Source: an uncultured bacterium
GTDB taxonomy: Bacteria; Omnitrophota; Omnitrophia; Omnitrophales; Aquincolibacteriaceae
Direction of reading: 5' to 3'
Assembly (NCBI GenBank): GCA_964373045.1
Contig: CAYJSI010000008.1
Span: 1 to 63,527, forward strand
DNA length: 63,527 bases
Made by a program: the position numbers and the translations under genes. Each line of letters begins with the position of its first letter. Position 1 is the stretch's first letter. Shown here one piece after another: positions 1-9,000 of the stretch. A model generated the notes under the pieces. That model had not been told where the DNA came from and made no database searches. It saw nothing but the letters and a program-made list of their open reading frames with translations.

Positions 1-3000
1 ATTGATATCGTAGTAAGCTCGCGTCTCGGAGCGGGATAAACCAAGAATTGTTTCAAGGGCTTTTTTGTACAGGAAACGATTTGCAAAACTGGTAATCAGC
101 AGGTTTTCGGTCTTTCCGATGCTGGGTTGTGCAAGCGCTTTGGCCTTTGCTTCGATATCTTGGTACTCTGCCCTCGAAATCGTAATTTCATGAATGGCTT
201 CGGCGGGAACCGTGTTAAAACTTGCAGCTCCCGTCTGATAGAAATACCGAAAATGCTTCCTCTGGGTACCCTGGGTCCCAAGAACCTCCAGAGGGAGTGT
301 TCCCGTTTTACTCTTTTCGTCGGGTACCCCAGAAATTATAAAATCAGGAGTTTCGGTGAGGATATGTATCTTCGGAAAAATACCTTTACTCCAGTCTGGG
401 CTACTATAATTGGCGATGTAAATCATTATTCCCTGCAGCCGCTCTTGAAATTCAGGAAGGGGCATTATGGTTCGCCCCAGGAAACTGGTGATGTGATTCT
501 TGCCCTCGAATACAAAATAATGGTACTGACCGCTTGTGCCTGGCTTCTGACCGTGAAATCCTAGCGTGGGAATATTCTGAGTGCCTTGGGCTGTCACTCT
601 CGCTTCCAATGCTTTAACGCTCTCCTCTAACGAATCAACAAGATTCCCTCTCACCTCGGCGCGCTTGCCCGCCGTCTTTGTGGCGGAGGCTGGTCGGGCA
701 AGAGCTGCTGTAGAGGAGACGTCCTTTTCATTTTGGAGAATATCATCTCGGTGCCGCTTCGCGGCTGCGATAACTTCTGCGACTGTTAAACCATCACCCA
801 TAGCCCCCTCAAAAGCCGGTTCGCCTGTCAGAAGTGTTACCGATTCAATTTCTCTTTTAGCCCATCGCAAAGCAGATTTTTCCAAGTCGTCCCCATCGAC
901 GGCTGAAGCATCCAACAAGTCAGTATTGAGTTCCCTCCATCCCCAGTCTTTAAATTTCACGACCCAATAATCTCCCAGAAATGGAGAATAGGGAATGCCC
1001 TTGCCCCATAATTTTAATTTGGCCTCCACCTTCCGCCGGTGAGCGGTAGAAAGAGAATAAAATTGTTTCATCATGATTTCATTGATTTTTGAACGTACGT
1101 CTCTTTCAAAAAGAAAATAACTGGAGAGATCGACCGTTGACAAGCTTTTTTGCTCTATATCCCTTGTTAATTGAATGGGCTGTCCGGGAGCTGGTTTTTC
1201 GATCAACCTAAACTTCAGCAATGCTGTCCGTATGATCATCGCGGTCAAATATTTTGACTGCTCCTCATTTGCGCGCTTAACAAGATCCTGAAGTGAAATG
1301 GTTTGAGCATTGGGCATTGCGCGAAGTGTCTCTTTGTAGGCCTCAAAATCAGGCTGTGCTTGATCAACCCCAGGCTCCCATTCCAGAAGGGTTCTATCCG
1401 CGGTGAGAAGGTCATCAAGTGTAAGCCTGCGCGCAGGAAATGCAACCTGCGCGGCAAGCATCGGTCTATTGCGCGCCTTGAGAAGCCATTCCACCCGACT
1501 CTCTAAATCTCTTGCCCCTAAACTCTTTAGCTGCTCTTTTTCCTTAAGCCCCATGACATGGGCATATTGGTTCAAACGAGCCCGGACATTATTTCTTTCC
1601 GCTACGAACACCGCAATATCATCCAAGGCGTCTTTCAAGCTAAAATTGGCAGAATATGATTCCGTGATAAAAACAAATTGCCCCAGATGAGGAAACTCGG
1701 GCTTGAATCGTACCGGAGACTCATATTGTTCAGAGTCCTCAAGCATTTTAAGATCGAGAAGGAATGCCCGCGCGATTAGGCGCATCAGCGTTTGAACCGC
1801 GGCCCGGTTTTCCCCTGCGGCACGGACAAGATTATCCAGGGATTTAAATGAACCGTGGTTTTCCATAAAATTCTTTAAAAAATCGGGATCAGGTTCCCTA
1901 AACTCATAGTGCATTTCCCGCACGAAATAATCCTGTGCGCTATAAATTTTTTCGACGGTTATTCCCTCATGCTCAGCGAGCGCAATAAAATCTTTATACT
2001 CCCGGCGATTAACGGGTGTGTTTAAAGGCGTTAAGATTTGCCTCAATGCATTTTCAACTTGATAAGGGGGGGTTCCAAGCTGCAACTCCTCCCGATTCAG
2101 AGTTTGCGCAACCAGTTCGCCCTCATTCAACCATTCTCGCACAACTGCCTGAAGCTGAGTCCTGATGCCATTCAATTCTTGTGCAACAGCGCCTTGGATG
2201 CTGGGCTCACGAGAATAGAGCCAAGTATATTCGCCTATCAAAGCTAACTTTGCGCTTAGTCCAGAAATATGTGCCTGATACTTTGCCGGGTCTTTGCCCG
2301 GCTTCAGGAGATCCAACCCCAGATACGAACTCCATTGAAAAGATTCTCGCGGTGCTTGGGACTGACTTACAGCCGCGGCGGAACCCACATCCCCCGACAG
2401 CGCTTTAGTAGGCTCTAAATATTTTGCTTTCAAAGCATCGGCGGCGGATAAAATTTCTCGGACCTGATCACGCGTTCTCACTTCCGGGCCGTCCATGCGG
2501 CCTTTGGAATGCATCAACTCCTTTTCTGCGGCTTCCGGGTTTAACCTTCCGTCCAAGTACCCGGTAATGACAAGTTCCTCCGCCCCCTGCTCCGGCTGCA
2601 ATTGGAATTGCCAGAAAATCATGCTAGCAATGGTCGATAAAACGTGATCAGGTTTTTCTAGGGTAGCAACAAGTCTCCAGCCATCTCCTGCCGGTAAAAG
2701 CATCCAGAACACAGGCGAGTAGTTTTGATCCGCTTCCACTTTTTCCAAAGCCGCTTGGATAGAGTCGCTAATATTTTGAGGCGTCCTTGAGGCATCAAAA
2801 GACAATGTCTCTGATTTTTCGCTGGCTTGGCTGGCTTGGATCGTGAGCATCACTTTGTTGCTCTTACCCGCGTGTAGAGACGCCCAGCTTTGCTGAGAAA
2901 TAGTTTTAGCGATAAAATCCCGGACAAACCTTTTATCCGAAAAGAAAGTTGTTAGACCATCAAGTTTCAATTCCGGCGCACGTCCCACCTCGGCCTTTAG

Positions 3001-6000
3001 GCCAAGGACGGCTGCGCGGGACGCCGAGCGGTCGTCCCGTCGCATCTCGGAGCGGTTGGAAAAAGATGCGGCGGCCAACTGATTGATATATTGGTCAATC
3101 CTTATGTTAGAAAATCCAAAGGCTTTAAAAATTCTTTTCAGAATTTCTTTATTTTCATCGCTTAGACCTGCTTTGAGGGCTTCGTCATAAATCTGACCCA
3201 CCTTCATTGCGAACTGAATAAAAATTTCTCCATTTTGGGTAGGCGAAAATCTTTTCTCAAACTCTGGAAGCGAATATCCATTCGCTTCGGTAAATCCCAG
3301 CCTTGCGGCGTAACCCGAAAGCCGCGGGTTCACCACGTTGGTGAGAAAATAAGCCGTCCCTTTGAATGCCTCAAAGATGGGGACTGGTTTTTTATCGTAG
3401 AAACCAAGCGCTCCCTCTTCATATAGGTCTGCTATCATTTGAAAATAATTTTTTGCATCCCGGTTCTCATCCAGAGGTTTCGTCGAATACGATTCAACCG
3501 CTGTGATCAAATCAGCAGCGGCAATGGCAGCTCCGGCATTCAAAATGTCCCGAATCTCTCCTTCTTCCTCGATCCCAGCTTTAATCAAACGATCACGAAG
3601 GCGTTTCGTTTGCTCCTCGGAGCTTGCATTTTTCCCTTCTTCAAGAGTTGTACCGTCAGCTCTTTTCACATCCCCAAATTTTGTGAATTCGATCAAAATC
3701 TGAATGATCTCTAGTTCCCGGGGCGCCACTTTAACCCCCGCTTTATCAAAGAGCTTCTGTGCGCTAAAAGGATAGTTTTGGATCCAGGTTCGTGCACTCT
3801 CAACCAGAGCCTTCCCCGAGGGTCCTTCGACGATATCCTTAGGAGCTCCTGCATTCACCAGCATACCTTTTAAGAGTTCGTCGCTTATTTCGCCGCCAAT
3901 CCCCAACACCTCGTGGAAGGGGTACCTTTGAATATTGACGTGTTGGGTTTCCCCTTGAGAATTGACAAACGATAATTGTTCAATACCCAACAAATCAATC
4001 GTTCCGGCATCATGAAGAATAGCGGCCAACGCAGCCAACTCCAATATCCTGGGATTAGAAACAACGGAGGTTCCAGGCTTAGAAGCGCTCGGTGAAATCA
4101 AGAAACGTATACCTCCCAATGCCACTTCGGCGGAATGCTGCTCATCATGATATCTTGCAATTACCTTTTCCCGGTGATGGTCTGTTCCGCCTCCTCGGCG
4201 ACGGATATCTTGAAACGCCTTGACTATAGCGACAAACAATTTTTCAACTCGTTCGGTGGGCGCTAAATACTCACCGAGCATATTCGTTAGGGCTTGTTGT
4301 GCTCCATTAAGAGAGAGAAAATTTTCTTCTATCGTTCCATTTATCGGCAAATGAAGATCGCCTGCGAGTCGGCTAATTTCAGCTAACGCTTCTGGTGTTT
4401 GAGCCCTTTTTCTGAAGAACCCGGTGCCAGACGGAGCGGCTTCTGTTGTCGCTCCCCGCACCTCGGAGCGCTTGCCCGCCGTCTTTGTGGCGGGGGATTG
4501 GCCTTCAAGAGTTTCGATCAAATCTGAGGCATCCTTAAAAGGCTGTGACCTTTTATCTCGGATGCTGTTCCTGAATTTTTTCGCGGTAGGAAGAATGATC
4601 TGCGCTTGAGAGGGATGCTTCTTCAATATACGAAGGAGGTATCCCTGATGCTCTTTGTTAGAAGCATGGGGTAGACTCTCTAAAATATGTTCCACCAAGG
4701 TTTTCTCAGGTAAATAACGTTCCAACACGGGAACTACCAGATAAGCTTCTTTTGTACGCAAAAGAAGGATGAGATCGTTCATGGCCGGCTGGGCAAGCGC
4801 GGCATCAACTTCAAAAAAATCCATAATCGTTGTGGAATAGCCACCCTCATGCAATAGCTTGATCACAGCAGGAACGGCGGGAAACGCTTCTTTTCCATAA
4901 TTGTAAGTAAGCGCGGTCAAAGCCATTCGTCTTTGATCTGGGTCAGCATCGGATAGACTTCTAACAAGCTCTTCCAGGCTGCGGCCCGGCTTTGTCTTTC
5001 TCATCTCTTCCCAAACCACGCGGGATAAACGACTTGTGTAGCGATCAGAATAAAGCTCTTCTTTTTTACTCAGAAAAAATGTTCTTAATTCCTGAAGGGT
5101 TTGGAATCCTCGAGGAGACAATGCTTTGCTTGGAGTGGACCACACGCTTAAAGGATCTGAATAAAATCCCATGATTTCAGCCACGGGTTCGGCATCAAAA
5201 CCTTTTTCCAATAATTGACCGGCCGCTTCATGGGCTACGCGAAGGGTCTCGGGATCCGGCGGAATTTTTGCTAAGTTTTCATTGACAGCATCGAAACCGC
5301 CCATTTCATATTGAACTTCCCCCTCCGCCGACATAAAAACTTCCGCTCTTTCGACTTCGTAACCTTTCCAGGTTCCGCTCAGGATCATTTTGTCTCCCCC
5401 GGGACTTAATGAAATCTTCACATCTTCAACGCGCTGACTGAGAAGGGGTTTTAACTTCGTCGCGATCCCAAGCAAATTTCCCTCCTGATCAAATGAGACG
5501 TTTGCGTAAAGATCCCCATGGAACACGATCGCATGAGCAAATCCTAAAAACCGTGTCCTCACTTCTATGGGAAATCTATTTTTTATGGGAATAAAATAAT
5601 TTAAAAATTGTTCCAGGCCCTCAGAAGCTCTCAAGTCCCCGTAGGTCACGGTTCCATCCTTATTTTTTCTTCCTTTGAAACCCGCCGCCTGTAAGGACGC
5701 GAGCCATTTACTTTTTACGCGCTGAGTATCTTCTTCAGCTTCCCTGTAACCTAAAAACAATGCCCGGGAGTAAAGCGCCCAGGCCCGAAGTAAATGCTTC
5801 TCTGCTTCAAACTTTTGAGCCTGAAGAAGTGCTTCTCTTGCTTCTGGAATTTCCTGAACACCCTGCTCAAGGGCTCTTTGATAAACCTGCAGAAAAAACT
5901 CCGCACCGATTCCGTGGTCAAACATGACACGCAATATTGAAGGGAGGTCGGACGGTGTCATTCCAGTTGCTCCTGCCAGCAGCATCATGTTCTTTTTTCC

Positions 6001-9000
6001 GCCAGGAAGTTCTACAAGATGCTGCTTAATAAAATCCCCGGCTGCGTGAGCTTCGGCTTCTAAATATTCATTTTGAGGATAAAGATTTCTTACAATCTGC
6101 GCCGCAAACTGAATTTGTTCATCAGGATTTCTCACCTCATCCAAATCCTCTCCCCTGGGAGATATGGGCGCTTCTCTTTTGGCTTGAAGGACTTGTTTTT
6201 GTTCATTGTTCAGTTGGAGCCCCAACTGATCACTCAAAAATAAAATCCGCTCGATGGAGAAAAATTGGGCGGTAGGGGCGAGAAGGCTAATGTCTTTGAT
6301 TAATCCTTTAGCATTTTTAATTTCATTCTCGGCTTGTTCTTTTTGAACATTGGGGCGAGCGGCGCGCTTTATTTTGCGCTCAACACTTTCGAGAAGTTTT
6401 ACGAGAAGCTGAGACTGAACAGCGGAAGGAATGCCGGTTCGAACGGCTTGAAAAGCTTCGGCCCCGAGCGGATCTTTCGCTTTAAGTTTTGCATCAATCC
6501 ATCTTAAAAATTGGCCCAATTTCACGTCTGCTTCACCCGTGTTCTCTTCAGCTGATTTCATGATTAAAACGATTCCTCGATTAATCAATTCGGAGCTCTT
6601 GCGGCGTTCTTTAACCGTTTCGCGAGCCGATTGAATACTCTCAAACAGAATCCCTCGCGTGGGACGTGAAACTTTATTCAGAAGCTCTGCAACGGGGGAC
6701 AAATCAGTTATAATTTCTGCCTTATTTGCTTCATTCACCTCGACATAAGTCAAAAAGGAATCTAATTTCTTGCCCAAGGCCTGCTGCAACTGGTCGATTT
6801 CATCCTGGCCAAAGACACCATCCATTATTTGTCCAATTTTATCTGCGCTGTAACCCAGAGATTCTTTTGATAATTTCTCTCGAATTGCTTCCTGATCACG
6901 ATCCAATGAGAGCTCAAGTAAAAGCTCAAGCCATTTTCTTCTAACCTTCTCTTCAATATCTGTGCGAACCCCTGCTGTTTCAGAATCAATTCCAAGAAAT
7001 CCTTCAATTTGATGAGTGTAAGGATTAATAAACCCGCGAACAATTTTTAGTTTTGATTTTTCATTTTGAAGCGGAGGAACATACTCTGCGCTTTGATGAA
7101 GGGCATCTTTGAACTCCTCTGAAAGGAATTGATCCTTATTTTGTTTTATGGCTTCATCGCGCTGAGCTTTTAATTGTTGATTTGCTCTTTCGATGCTTTC
7201 TTGGAGGATTGCCTTAAGAGGCTCCGGTACGTCAGTGTTGAATGTCGGGGCTGAATAGAGATAGCGGTCATCATCTGTTCCCTCAATATTTCTTTGTACC
7301 TTGATCATGAAGCGAACACCTTTCGACATTCCCTCTTCCAATGTCGCGGGATCTGGTTCTGTGTTCAACACATTTCGAATGGTTCCCGCGTCATCAATGA
7401 GAATAGATATTTTTCTATAACCGCCCTTAACTTTCTGCCGACCCAAAATTTCTAGAGTTTGGCTTGATATGAGCGTTCCTTGATTGTCAACTTTAATCTT
7501 TTCAACCGCGACAGCAGTTTCTCGCTTTTTTGCTTCTAATACCTTTTTAGAGGCAAGTAGATCCGCTAGGGCGGCTACAACCTTATTGATTGAAATCCAC
7601 CATGCCGCCAATACAGGATTTTGCGTATTTCCCGCACTTCGCATCTCCGAACGTGGGATCGCGCGACCTCCCACCACTGCTCGTTTGTCAGAGACGGGAG
7701 AAGATTGTTCTCTTGTGTCGCGAAAATTTTCTCCGACCTGATGTAACTTGTCTAAGATTCTCGTGATTCGCGGAGAAGGTTCCGGATAAACCCATTCAAT
7801 GAGCTCGATCGAATGAAGAATAATATTTTCCAAGATCGCGCTTCGCGGTGGAGGAAGACTCCTTGAACTTGAGCCTGGGCCTAATCCTTCTGATCTTTTT
7901 CCCAAGTCCAAGAATCCCAGCAACATACTTTTTGGTTCGACATTCGCTGCTCGATATTGCTGAAAAGCTGTCTGAAGCATCGGGCTAAGACCTACGAATA
8001 AGCCAAGCGCCCCCACAAAAGCTCCGACCCAAGCGGCAACTTCTAGCGACCTGGTTGAAATAAGAAAAATTCCCGCCTGGATTTCCATCAAAAGGATGGC
8101 CTTCCAAGCAACGCCTCTGACTCTAGGATCTCGGTTGAGCAAACCCATAAAAATACTGAGCAGAGATTGCTTCTCAGATTTCCCCCTCACCTCGGCGCGT
8201 CCTGCACGGGCCTCGGCACGGGATTTCCCGGGCCCGTCAAATTCACGAGGAAGGGTGATTTCTCTTGTGTGGCGGAAGAAACCGTTTAATTGCCATTCAA
8301 GCCGGATAATTTGAACGTCAATGGCATCCGGTATTCGGGGGATGATGGAGTGTAGAAAATCCCCAAGACCGTTCGTGTCGCTGACCCTCCGATTTTTGCG
8401 GGGGTTGAGCCACTGATTGATCGCACCTATAATTCCCCGCTCAGGCGCTGCATATAGATCAAGACGCCTGCGTTCGAGTCCTTGCACTCGAAGTGACTTG
8501 TCTTGCGGTAAAATTCCATCATCTTGCACCCTCGTCTCGGCTCGGGATCGCATTCCAGCAAGCTGGGTTGAAACAGGAGCGGTAGGAGGTTGGCGGGATT
8601 CAGCTTGGGCCGCAGCCGTGGCCCGGTTTGCAAGGTCTATCGTCGGATCAAGTTTTCCCAGAGTTACCTTCACTCCGCCAATCGTTTCCTCAACGACCGT
8701 TTGTCCCGGGGTTGCTCTGGGTGAGTTAAGATATGCTTTCTTAAAATTTACAGCTGCGACATTGCCATTACCATCCTGCCAAAGTTCAAAACTGTACGCA
8801 TCGTTGTCTCCGGGCAATTCAATCGTCACCCGGTAAGCATTTCTATTTTGGGACTTCATAATATTGAGTGCTGCACTACGATCCTTAAAGTAGGCGGCAC
8901 TTAAAAGATGATTTAAAATTTTTGCCAATTCTGTGGGATCTTTAACCTTAGATTGGATGATATCCACAACGGCGCTGAGGGCACTTTTAATATCCTTTTC

